Positions 50,243 to 63,336 of a stretch of DNA of 64,000 bases are shown here, piece after piece. This DNA is from Amoebidium appalachense (Eukaryota; Protista; Ichthyosporea). The stretch is from the NCBI GenBank assembly GCA_963693365.1, contig CAVNZM010000007.1, positions 8,491,962 through 8,555,961 on the forward strand, in the 5' to 3' direction. The notes under the pieces are model-generated. The model saw nothing but the letters and a program-made list of their open reading frames with translations. It had not been told where the DNA came from and ran no database searches. The translations under genes were made by a program, and so were the position numbers. Positions within the stretch are counted from its first letter, which is position 1, and each line of letters opens with the position of its first letter.

Positions 50243-50486
50243 GGGGGGTATTGCCTTTCGGGGATTTTTTTTGGAGGGGTGAAAGGGGGGGGGGGGGGGG
50301 GGGGGGGGAGGGGACCATTACTTTTAGGGGGAAGTCCGGCTTCTTTGATGATGTGATAGTGGGCTGCAGGGGCAGTGTGTCTGTAGGCATGTTGGGCAGT
50401 GGGGGCAGGTTGACGGGGTACAGCACCTCAAAGCCCCCTGGTGGTGGAGCAGGCCCCTCAACCTCTCCGTCTGTGCCCACATGTCA

Positions 50487-50547
<61 letters not shown>

Positions 50548-50759
50548 ATGCACCAACACGGACAGCTCAGCCCTACACCATATTGCATTCACCATGGTTC
50601 AAACACCCATTACTGTCCCTGTGTTCATGTGCATCAAAGGAAACTGAATAACACCCCCCCTGCCTCCCCTCCCCCCAACCCCTGACCTCCAAACAGTGTC
50701 CGTTGGTGCAACATCTCCCTCCCTCCCTCCCCTCCCCCCCCCCCCCCTCCAAACAAACA

Positions 50760-50798
<39 letters not shown>

Positions 50799-50823
50799 AA
50801 TCCCTCCATATTCCACTTCCAAA

Positions 50824-50863
<40 letters not shown>

Positions 50864-51417
50864 ACACACACACACCAAAAACAAAAAGCCACATGCAGTT
50901 CTTACCATCATCGACATCCTCCCACTCATCCTCCCACAGCTCCGCACCATCCCCCTGACCGGGCCTACCCAGCCCCGGGGGCCCAGGCTGCAAACCCTGC
51001 AAGGGCAGAGCATGGGCAGCCATAGTCTCACTGGGCCCTAAAAGGTAGTCCGTGATCTGCAGCAGCCCACCCACTGCACTTGATAGGTCAGTAATTGCAA
51101 ATGTGCACAACATAGCAAAGGATAAAGGATATTGCACGACCCCTCCTCTTCCTCCCTCCCCCCCTCCCACCCAAACCCCCCCCCCCCCCCCCCCCCCCAA
51201 ACACACACACACACCCTGCACCACAAGCACACAAACAGCAGCACACACATACTCCCATTTCTCATGCGTAAATACGTGCGTCGAAGGCAACCCCCCCCCC
51301 CCCCCCCCTCCCCCCTCCCTTGTTGGCAAACAGTGAGCCCGCATGGGCAGGCAGGTGGGCGGACAGACACACGTTGTAAACCACTCATCACAACAAACAT
51401 AAACACCTACACCTTTA

Positions 51418-51464
<47 letters not shown>

Positions 51465-51640
51465 AAAAAAAGAGAAAGAAAGAAAAAAATCCACTTACCC
51501 AATCCCCAACCTGAAAAAGGATAACCTCCCTAGTTCAGATGTTCAACATACCTCTACCATGTGCACACACATCCACACACACTACTATATACACGCCCAC
51601 ATGCACAAAGATATCCAACCCACTTAAACACCACCACAGA

Positions 51641-51672
<32 letters not shown>

Positions 51673-52089
51673 ACAGCCACCCACCCACCCACCCACCCAC
51701 ACCCATTCCTCTCCGCCCCCCCTCCCCCTCCCTCCCCCCCCCCCTGCCCCCCTCTCCCCCTCCCCCTCCCCCTCCCACGAACACACACATTTACACACAT
51801 GCACGCACCCCATCTGAGCCAGGATGCGACTGCGCACTTGCATGTCTGGCGCACAGACAGGGACTCGAGGGTCACGGGCACCACCACGTGGAACAGCAGC
51901 AGGTCGATAGGCATCGTGGCCACTGGCTCAGCAAACAGCATCTGCAGAAAAAAAAAGAGGTGGGTAGGTGCGTGGATGGGGAGGGAGGGGGGAGGAGAGG
52001 GGGAAGAGGGGGGGGGGGGGGGGAGTGAGAGTGAGAGAGAGAGAGAGGGTTGTGCCTTTCTCTCCGCCAATGGTGGTGGTGGTGGTGGT

Positions 52090-52120
<31 letters not shown>

Positions 52121-52166
52121 GAGGGGGAGGGGGATGTTAGTTTATTTCTCTCTTCTTTCTTTCACT

Positions 52167-52201
<35 letters not shown>

Positions 52202-52280
52202 TGCACCCACCCACCACCTTTCCCCTGCCTTGCCCCTGAGCTTTGAAATGGGGAAAGGGAGGGAGCCTGTGTGTGTGTGT

Positions 52281-52376
<96 letters not shown>

Positions 52377-52700
52377 GGGGGGAGGGGGGGGGATTTTGGG
52401 CTTTTCCTCCTACCCCTCCTCTCTTTTTGCCCTTCAACTACTTCGTCGGTGTATGCTTGATGCTCCAGCATAAGACTCTGGGGCAAATGGTGTTGTTGCC
52501 TTACACGGGCATGAAAGAGCAGAGGGAGGTAAAAGAGGGACGGAGTGAAGGGGGGGGGTGGGGGAGGGGGGGGGGGGGGGGGGGGGCATGGGAGAGGAAA
52601 GGGGATTGAAAGAGGGACCAAGAGAAGGGGGGCAGGGGGGGGGGGGGGGGGGGGACAGTTGCATGGGAGAGGAGAGGGAAGTGAAAGAGGGACGGAGAGA

Positions 52701-52739
<39 letters not shown>

Positions 52740-54491
52740 AGAGGCATGGGAGAGCAGAGGGAAGTGAAAGGGGGAAGGAGAGAGAGAGGGGGGGATATAC
52801 CTGGAGGGGAGCAAAGCCCAATCTGCAGCAGGCTTTGACTGGCAGGTAGACGAGAATCAGAATCAGCAGGCCGTACATGATGGTCGACAGAAGAATGCGC
52901 CGCATGTGCTGCCCCAGTGGCAGCTCCACCTGACAAAAAGCCAATCAGCAAAGGGTTATGCAATAGGTAACGTGTGGTAACGTGGTACAGTATCACTATT
53001 TTACGAGGTGCAGCGCACGTATGGCAATTATACAAAGAAGGTGTTTGTAAAATAACTAAAAAAGTAGAAGATGGAACAGTATCAGTATGTGCATGGGTAG
53101 TGTTGGTATGACACTAGCACCATTCACTGCCCATCGGCCGTGTCTGTACGCTATATACCACACGCGTTCATAGACCTGACCCAACCATGCAATGCCATGC
53201 CTGAAAATCGAAAGCTGGCGAATTTTGCTGACACCAATAAAAAATAGCCCTCCCATCTTCCAACACATCTTTCCACCCCAAACCCATCAACACACTGTCC
53301 ACACACACACACACACCCCACAACACACACACTCATCGTTATGTCCTTTCCAACCACCCCAAAAACTAAACACACCAACCCACAAAACCTGCATTGAAGC
53401 CTTTTATAACACTTGCTGACACCCTAATCAAACCGACCAAACAATCGTTTACCGTAACATACCATCTCCCTTACGGGCTGGAACGCAGGGTCGTTTGGAT
53501 TACGCAGGAACCACAGCACACCTGGCCGTAATTCCACTCGCATCACTGCGTGGGCAGGCTGTTAGCACGCGTGCGCACACATTGAACACTGAAAAAAATG
53601 ATGTTCTGTGTTTGTGGGTTTCACAAACAATACGCCACAAAAAAAAAAAAAAGAAAATAAAAACAGGGGGGGGGGGGGGGGTTTGAATGCGGAACACAGT
53701 ACGAAGTACGCATAGACGATGAGAAGCATGATGCAGGACACATGCAAAGGCAAACATTCAAGTATGCAGCATCAGCCATGCGCACAGTATGCGTCATAAG
53801 CAGAGCCCATCCTCAGGGAGGGCCCAAGTCATCAATTGCGTCTGAGTTTCGACCCCTTAGCCCGCGTATATACGACGCTCCAACTCAGACAGCAGCATCA
53901 ACTGAACTTGGGTGGGTCAACCCGTCTTGATCAAAGACGAGCAGGGTTGCTTATGCAAGCAAGGTGAGCAAAACGGTGAAGATGTGTGTGCAAACTAATG
54001 CAGTGCAGCGACAAACGCGTATGTGCTTACAGATGCACGACACAGAGCAACCATGCCCGGTTGCATGGAAGTAAAGATGTCTCCACACAGTGGTCTGTCC
54101 TGAAAGGACACCTCTGAAAGAAGACAGGGGGGGTTTGAATGCGGAACACAGTACGAAGTACGCATAGACGATGAGAAGCATGATGCAGGACACATGCAAA
54201 GGCAAACATTCAAGTATGCAGCATCAGCCATGCGCACAGTATGCGTCATAAGCAGAGCCCATCCTCAGGGAGGGCCCAAGTCATCAATTGCGTCTGAGTT
54301 TCGACCCCTTAGCCCGCGTATATGGGGGGGGGGGGGGGGGGGGAATGTGCGTGCGTGCAAGTGTGTGCGCGGGCGCGGGCGCGGGTACATGGGTGGATGC
54401 GCGGTTGCATGCAATTGTGCCTGCGTGCATGTATGCTTGCCAGTGTCCGCAGAGCAGCATGAATGTAGAAAGAGAAAACACAAATTTGCAG

Positions 54492-54531
<40 letters not shown>

Positions 54532-54597
54532 GGGGGATTCAAGTTGGAGCAAAAGGTCCCAAAAGGGGCAGGAAGGCGGGGGAGTGGGGGATGGGGA

Positions 54598-54637
<40 letters not shown>

Positions 54638-55281
54638 TGGGGGGGGGGGGGGGGGGTGCATACAGGCGACAAAGGAGGCAAAGTGGGACATGTAGAGCAT
54701 GCCGACCAGCCAGTGCAGGAAGGATGACGTGATGGGGGCAGCAGTGAAGTAGGCCGTACGGTCTGCAAGCGTGGCATCAAGCACCACCAAGGTGCAGATG
54801 TCGAGCCACCACCCACACAGAAGGGGGAACACACCAAGCTCGACGAGAAGAAGCATGCACACCTGGAGGGCAAAAAAAAAGGGGGGGGGGGGGGGGGGGG
54901 GGGAGGGGGGGAAGAAGAGGGAAATTGTGAGAATGGTCACTGCGGTTCCATGTGTTTTTGAAAAAATGTTGTTTGCTTACTTTGTCACTTGTACGTGAAC
55001 GTACATGGTTGCAAGACCGGTCAGCAAGCCAGTTGGAACACCCCCTGAGGAGGGTGTGAGTGCTGTGTGTGTGTGTGTGTGTGTGTGTGCATGCATGGAT
55101 GCGCTGTGTGTGTGTGTGTGTGTGTGTGTGCATGCGTGGATGCGCTGTGTTTGTGTGTGCCCGCCCACATACCCGTGTACGTGCCCACATGTGCCGACAC
55201 GTGTGGGTGCTCGAGTGATGCATGCTGGTGCATGTACGTGTAGATATCTAATACGAGGGAAACCTCTGCCGTGTAAATATG

Positions 55282-55319
<38 letters not shown>

Positions 55320-55398
55320 GTGCGTGATCGCGTGAGTGTGTGTGTGCCTGTGTGCCTGGCTGCACTTGTGCGCACACGTGTGTGCATGCGTATTTGTG

Positions 55399-55430
<32 letters not shown>

Positions 55431-56663
55431 CATATATGTGCGAGTGTGCATGTACGTGGGTGCAAATATAGGTTTTCACGGTGCACTGACCTTCACGAAG
55501 ACACAGAAGAACTGCAGGGTCTGACGTAGCACCTTGCCAAACACACTGTTCATGGGCGTCAACATGGACGAAACGGACTGCAGAGATGAAAGAAAAACGT
55601 AAGCACACAGGTACCAAAGAGTACATGCGCATGCACACAAATCCCCTCCTCAATGTGTAGCACGGCTTCCTATGTAATGCCACAAATCAAGGGAAAATGT
55701 AATCCTCAAAGATTCGCCACTTGTCAACCAGATATCTACATGACCCCACCAACACAACCAAGAGCCCGCCATAAAAACCAAGAAATGCAAATCCCAGAAA
55801 CGTGTGTGCCTGAAATATGAACGGCCAAGACGGGGAAACGCCATGAGACCATTCATCACCTATAACACACTTGGATAGCAAACTCATATCTGGAGTACTT
55901 TGTGAAGAAAATTGAAAAATGTGTTCTACAAACGTGTTCAATCATGCCTCCTAGCCCAAACGATAAATCCCCATGTGTGTAAGTAGTTGAAATGCAACCG
56001 AAATACATGAAATGCAAACGGCACACACACATAATAAACACAATAATTGCTTTAAAAAAAAGACAAATAACACAATATACTCACCAGATAGAATGCGCCA
56101 AACAGTGCCACCATGCAGTAGCCAATAATCGTGTCTACCACAGGAGCCACAAACTCATAGGGAGACAGTGGTTGGGTCACTACCCCCTCCACCGTTCCAT
56201 TCCCCTCCATTGCTAAAGTCATGTTTGCTGCAAGAGTAGCATTGATCGCTTCGGTAATAGTGGTTGGCCTGTATGGGACGAAAAGGTTTAAAGGTAAGGA
56301 TGTAGTCACGGTGATGTGCGAGTGGGTGGGGTAGAATGGGCTTGCTGCTGATGATTCCGTAAAGGGAATGTTTTTTGTAAAATAAAAAACAAAAAAAAAC
56401 GAAAGGTTCTGCATACACACGTAGGGTTTTCGGTATTCTTCCTGATTCCTTGAAACTGACTCGTGTTTACCTAGTTTCATACACATGTAGGTTTTCGGGT
56501 GGTCCCCCCCCCCCCCCCCCCCCCCCCCCACTTGGTTTCTCTTCTTCTCTCCCCCCCCCCCCCCTTCCCCTCTCCCCCCCCCTCCCTCCCCCCCCCCCCC
56601 CCCCCCCTCCCCTCCAATGCCCGCCCGCCCCCACTTTCTTTTCCCTGTTTTTTTGGTGGTGGT

Positions 56664-56707
<44 letters not shown>

Positions 56708-57305
56708 CGCGCGCGCGCACAATTTGGGGGGGGGGGGGGGGGGGGGGGGGAGAGAGAGAGAGAGAGATGGGGGGGGGGGGGGTAAATACGGAATCAGGTG
56801 CAGCATTGCGGCACCCCTCTTGAGGGAGTAGAAGCATGTAGCAATAAGGTTTGTAGCCACGGCCCCCAGGATGAAGGGCATAAAGGCAAAGGTCACCACA
56901 AACACACTGATAAACAGCAGCACCCAGAACATGTTCTCGATAAGGTTGACTATGGGCCCTGTCAGACCGACGAGCTCTGTTTCAGAGGAACATTAGTCAA
57001 GTATCAGCGGCATGGTTTATGGTTACACGTTTTTTTTGCTGCAACTCGATGCCGTGAAAAAAAACGTGGAAAGGCTTACGAGGAATTGGGAGACAGAAAC
57101 ATGAATATTTGGTGTGGTGGTGGTAGTGGTGGTGGTTGCTGTGTGTGGGTGTGTGCACGTGCACGGATACATGAGCACGTCTACGTGGTGTGCACAGGTG
57201 TGGCATGCAAGGTGTGTTGTACAGTGTGCAGGGGCAGGCCTCTAGTCCTGGCATGTCTTTGAGTTGCAGCCCACCTCCCCCCCCTCCCCCCCGCGTGCGC
57301 ACACA

Positions 57306-57357
<52 letters not shown>

Positions 57358-57552
57358 CGCGCGCGCGCGATACGCACACATGCACACACACGCATGCACA
57401 CAGACAGTTGGAGGGCAGCAAAAGCACAACCCAGAACCTATTGCCTCTTCCATTTCCTAATCCCATGCACCGGTATGCACCAGCAACCCAAGAACATGTT
57501 CACTTTACACACTGGGTATATGCCTAATCACCAGTATCAATTTCAGAAGGCA

Positions 57553-57585
<33 letters not shown>

Positions 57586-57802
57586 CTCCCTCTCCCCCCT
57601 CCTCCCCTTCCCATCCTCTCTGGCACAACCACCAGACCACCACCACATCAACCAACACCCACCCGATCGACCCTCTTGCTCAGTTTCTACACTTGCACTT
57701 ACTTTCTTAACAGCATATCCCCCCCCCCCCCCCCTCCCCCCCCCAACCCACCCACCCACACACCACACACCGGCCCTCACCTCACCCCCTTCCCCCCCCC
57801 CC

Positions 57803-57833
<31 letters not shown>

Positions 57834-60762
57834 AGAGAGAGAACCCTCCCCCCCCCCCCCCCCTCTCTTCCCCTCCCCCTCCCCCCCCCCCCCCCCCCCC
57901 TCAAACTTCCCCCTTCAAACACACATACACCCACACACCCACCGATCCACCCTCCTCAAACACCCACCCACCCACCCACCCACCCACCCACCCACCCACC
58001 CACCCACCCACCCACCCACCCACCCACCCACACACAAGCAACACACACCTTCGAATGACACATCCTCATGCGGCCCTTCAAAGAACGCCGCCAGCCCAAA
58101 GTTCACCACATTGTTATCCTCTGCACCCCCCTGTGCCGCTCCCCTTCCACCGACCCCCCCATCGTCATCACCAAAATCCCCCTCCTCCCCGTCTCTATCC
58201 CCACCTTCACCCCCTTCACTATCATATTCATCTTCGTAATTTTCATCCATATCTTCCCATTCATCATCGTTATCCAACCGCGGGGGTATCTCGTCCCCAC
58301 CCTCACCGCCCGCCGCCGCCGCCGCCTGTTGTGCTGCTGCCCATTCGTTATATGCCCTCATGCTGCTCTCGGGAATATCTCGTCCACCAGCGTCATTTAT
58401 TGGCGCATATCCACTCCCACCCTCCACCCCATGTTCAACCGACGGGCCCACATTACTACCCGCATATCCCGTTCTCATATTCGGATATCTCTGCCGTGGT
58501 GGGTGCGTATGTGTTGTGTCCCCACTCCCCGATGGACCAGCATCATCGTTCCATCTACCCTCATCCCCACCCCACACATCCGTCCCGTGTGTGTTTTCAT
58601 CACCCATATTCTCACCCTCACCACCACGTGTGTGTTCGTTGCCTGGTGTGGAACCCTCAGGAGGTGGTGGGTGTGCGGTGCCTGCGTGTGGGTGCGTTTG
58701 TGGTGGGGCACCGGGCAGTTGGTTGGGTATTTGTTCTCTGTTGTTGTTTGGTTGTGCGGCTGCGCCCTGTTGTTGCTGTTGCTGCCTCTGTTGCCGTTGT
58801 TGGCGTTGACGGTGCTCTCGCATCTATGACGAGACAATCATTACCAAGAAGGGAAAAAAAAAGAAAGAGAGAGAAAGACACGTATTGCACATACCCGGCA
58901 GAGTGCATAATCCCCTGTCAACATAGCGGACCAGGGAGACACATATGACTTTTAAACAATTGCCAAACATCAACTCCACAGGATGACCCAACGGTGTAGT
59001 CTCATAGAAACATTCCCATTTACTAAGTTAGAAAACCGAGGGGGGTTTAAATGCGTCATAAAGAACGAAATATACATAAACAACGGGCAACACGATGCAG
59101 AGTGCAAACCACACATAAAGAGTATGCATAATAAGTAGAGGACTTCCTCAGGGGGGCCCACGTCATCCACAGAACCCGAGTTTCGACCCATTCACCTCGT
59201 CAACGAAACCCAGCTCATATGGTGCCGGTAGTCTGTAGCACTCACAAAATGAAAAAATGAAAAAAATACTTCTCGTCGGTCAATATGAAAAATTCTTGAA
59301 TAGCTCGAACAGCCTCACCGAGATCTGTCGAGTGGCGCAGAGAACCCAAAAAGCGCCAATTTGACCCCCCGACCTCAGCCGATGACGTCATCAAACCAGC
59401 CTAGAGATCAGTGCTTGATATTCCATATATAGATGTTGCTATAGATAGTCTATGGATATTCATGGGTTCGAAATTTGACACCCAAGGGGGGTTCTTTAGG
59501 TTTTCACAAATATTTCAGTTATTTTTTGCAAATTTGAATTTCTGAAAAAAGTTCTACCGATAAGTTGACTGCGCTGAGCACGTAGAACGCCTTATTTTTG
59601 TTTTAGCACCCCTCCTTCATTGTTTTCCAAAAAAAAAGCGCCAATTTAGGGTCAATTAGTAAAAATCTAAATTTTCAAACCAATTATCCAAATGTTCCTA
59701 TGGGGAGCGACGATCCTTCGGATCGGGGTGATTTTTGGATCTGAAATTGGAGGGCTTCAGAGTTCCGGCACCATACTGTTTCACTTGAACATGGGAGGGT
59801 CACCCGTCTTGATCAGAGAAGAGCAGGGTTACTTATGCGAGCACGCAACAGGCAAGGGCAGTGGGAAAAGCCGGGGGTTAGAGTTGCAGCAGTAAGAAGA
59901 ACCAAGAAAAATATAGATAGGAACTCAGGACAAGGGGCTTCTGGGAAGCTCCCCCGTCGCTACCTAAGTCGACACTTTAGTGGCTAACATATCAAACCAG
60001 CTGAAAAGAATCAAGTCTCGAAGGCCGCATAATTCGAGGGAAAATATAAGACTTGACTCACGCCGCAGGGTAGTAACACGTTTACTCGGGTGGAACTTTA
60101 ACGATTTCAAACGGAAAGCTATGCCCCCGAATGTCAGCCGGGAATATGGGTGGGTGGGTGGGTGGGTGGGGGGGGGGGGGGGGGGAGGGGGGCACTAGCT
60201 ACAAGGTTACGATGGACAAACTTTCACTAAGTGATCTCGCATAGCCCAAACCCAACAATGCAAGCCATCAAAACGGAAACCCGGCCAGCCATTTGAGCCA
60301 ATTGCCAGCCATATCGAGAAATAACACCGGAAACCAGCCACCCCATTGGCCACAACTATCCAATCACATCGTCTTACTTGATTTAGCTGTAACTGCTGCA
60401 ATCAACCCAATCCACAACCCACGAGCTATCATACCTAAACCCCGCGACGCCATTAACTGCAATCAACCAAACATATTTGTTATTTAAATTTTAATTACCT
60501 GCTGCATCTGGCGCTGTTGGAAGTGCTGGTCGTCATCGTCATCAGGCAGATTATTTGTCAGGAAGTTGTTGAGGGCCATGAGGGCCAGGAACACAAACAG
60601 GATGGACGAGGCTATGGCACAGCCCTCCACACAGTCCATCATGATGTGCCTGTGGCCAGCAGTGAGTTGGTTGTAACACACAGGACATTCATACATCCCC
60701 CCTCCCCCCCCCCCCCCCCCCCCCCCCCACACACACACACCCTTCCCCCCAAACATGTGTGT

Positions 60763-60819
<57 letters not shown>

Positions 60820-61652
60820 TAATAATAATGATCATAATAATAATACTGAAGAAGATTCATGCTCCCTAGACACATACGGCTTCTCTTGTGTCTCTTGCCA
60901 TCATGTAAGTCTGTTAGAGTATTCAATCAGCCCTCGTGCATGCAGCCACGCACACACACGAACACAGGCAGGCAAGCACACACGCATACAGGCAAAACCC
61001 ACACACGGAGGCATACGCACACGGACGCACGGATGCTTGCACACGACATTAGGTCTGTAGTTCCATCCACCAATTCCACTCATACACGGAACCCCCCCCC
61101 CCCCCCCCCCCCTCCCCCCCCCCCCCCCCCTCTCCCCCAAGAGGGGAAAAAAAAAAAAAAAAAAAAAAAAAAAAACACGACCGCCGCCACACACGCACTA
61201 TTCCTTCACACACTGCAACCACCGAACCACCTCTACTGAGTGCCCCACTCACATAAAGTTCAGGCGGTTGTGTGGGGGCCACAAGTCCTGGGGGTAAAAG
61301 AACAGCCGCCATATGCACGTGGTGATGAACGGCATGACCACCAGCCAGCTGAAAAAAAACGAAAAAAAAATCGTCAGCATATACACAGAAAACATGGCAC
61401 ACATATTTCCAGATGGGGATAAATCAGAAGCACTCGGGCCAGTGCATAAACATCAAAAGTTTGGTTCAACATACAAGTACAAAGGTGTATCTAATTAACA
61501 GAGCAATCACGGGGGATGTCTAGACCCTCCTGAAGCGATACAAGGGAGGGGCTTTTAACTATGTTACGCAATTCACAGTGCAAAGACGCAGAACGACAAA
61601 CATATGCAAGAATCGCAGGCAACCTTACTTGTATACTTAAGTGCATAGAAAA

Positions 61653-61683
<31 letters not shown>

Positions 61684-61868
61684 GGGAGAGGTGTGTGTGT
61701 GTGGGGGGGGGGGGGGGGGGGGGGGGGAGGGGGGGAGGGGGAGAGAGAAACAACCGCTGCCCACACATGGCCACAGGTTGCACACACACGAAAGAATACA
61801 GGCACGGGCACAGACGCAGGCGCAGGCGCACACGCACACATACACAAACCCCCCCCCCCCCAAAAAAA

Positions 61869-61899
<31 letters not shown>

Positions 61900-63303
61900 C
61901 GCACACACGAACACACACCACCCACTTTTACCGTTTTGTCGCAGCACACATACGTACCAGAACACGACTAGGCCCAGTCTCAGGGCATAACGCAGGGTGC
62001 CCACACACTGCTGCAGAACCCCAAGCACAAGCTCCCCTACAGGCAACCGACTAGGTGCCCCCGCCGCATACACTGCAAAAATGAAGAAGAAGAAGAAGAA
62101 GAAAAAGAAGAAGAAGAAGGGGGAAACAAAGACAGTCAGTACGACGAGAAAACAAACACGTGCGCACTCACAGGCAGAGGGGTAAGGCAGATACGAAACA
62201 ACTTGTTACGATCCCCATCTGACTATATAAAACACTCAAAGAAAAACACCAAGTCAGTACAATGAGCGCATATACACGCGCACAGATACCCAAAGAGAAC
62301 AAACAGTAAACCGTTACGACCCCCACCCAAATGATTAATCTTCTGACAATCCTACACATGGTTATCTCTATGAGAAAACGATGGTTTTGTGATCGAAAAG
62401 GCCCCAAAACACGAAACCGCTCTCACCCACATAACCCCCATAAATCAGATGACCGCTGAGAGGTAGATCTGACGAGACTCTCGAGAGGGTCAGTGGAAAT
62501 AGGGTATGCATTCCGGAGGCCGCCGCAGGGGGAGGGGGGGGGGGGGGGGGGTTTGAATGCGGAACACGGTACGAAGTACGCATACACGATGAGAAGCATC
62601 GTGCAGGACACATGCAAAGGCAAACATTCAAGTATGCAACATCATCCATGCGCACAGTATGCGTCATAAGCAGAGCCCATCCTCAGGGAGGGCCCAAGTC
62701 ATCAATTGCGTCTGAGTTTCGACCCCCTAGCCCGCGTATATACGACTCTCCAACTCAGACAGCAGCATCAACTGAACATGGGAGGGTCAACCCGTCTTGA
62801 TCAAAGACGAGCAGGGTTGCTTATGCAAGCAAGGTAAAAAACGGTGAAGATGTGAGTGCAAACTAATGCAGTGCAGCGAAAAATGTGTATGTGCTTACAG
62901 ATGCACGACACAGAGCAACCATGCCCGGTTGCATGGAAGTAAAGCGGTCTCCACACAGTGGTCTGTCCTGAAAGGACACCTTTGAAAGAAGACTGGGGGG
63001 GTTTGAATGCGGAACACGGTACGAAGTACGCATACACGATGAGAAGCATCGTGCAGGACACATGCAAAGGCAAACATTCAAGTATGCAACATCATCCATG
63101 CGCACAGTATACGTCATAAGCAGAGCCCATCCCTCAGGGAGGGCCCAAGTCATCAATTGCGTCTGAGTTTCGACCCCTTAGCCCGCGTATGGGGGGGGGG
63201 GGGGGGGGGAGAGAAGGGGGGGTTACAGTGTAGAAAGTACATATTCATGAATCTCAACACAATGCAGAAAGCTAAGCACGAATGAAGAGTGTGGATCATC
63301 CGA

Positions 63304-63336
<33 letters not shown>

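Noticed and set aside
53810-53880. Canonical hammerhead ribozyme in the retroelement
   Set aside because: CUGAGGA and GAAAC are present but in permuted order with no stem II, so no type I/II/III fold can be drawn. Kept only as a non-canonical candidate.
53918-53940. 5S rRNA-like words (CCCGTC..GATC..AGCAGGGT) and a B-box-like GGTCGAAAC nearby
   Set aside because: The similarity is too short. No 5S fold, internal control region, convincing A-box or tRNA cloverleaf.
54113-54133. Polypurine tract suggesting a true LTR/TRIM element on the + strand
   Set aside because: No TG..CA termini, no tRNA primer-binding site and no TSD. The truncation polarity indicates that the opposite (C-tailed) strand is the template.
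53742-54249. Repeated short ORFs (MQRQTFKYA..., MPLHVSC...) in the element
   Set aside because: They recur only because the DNA is repeated. Indels between copies break the frames and no domain is recognisable.
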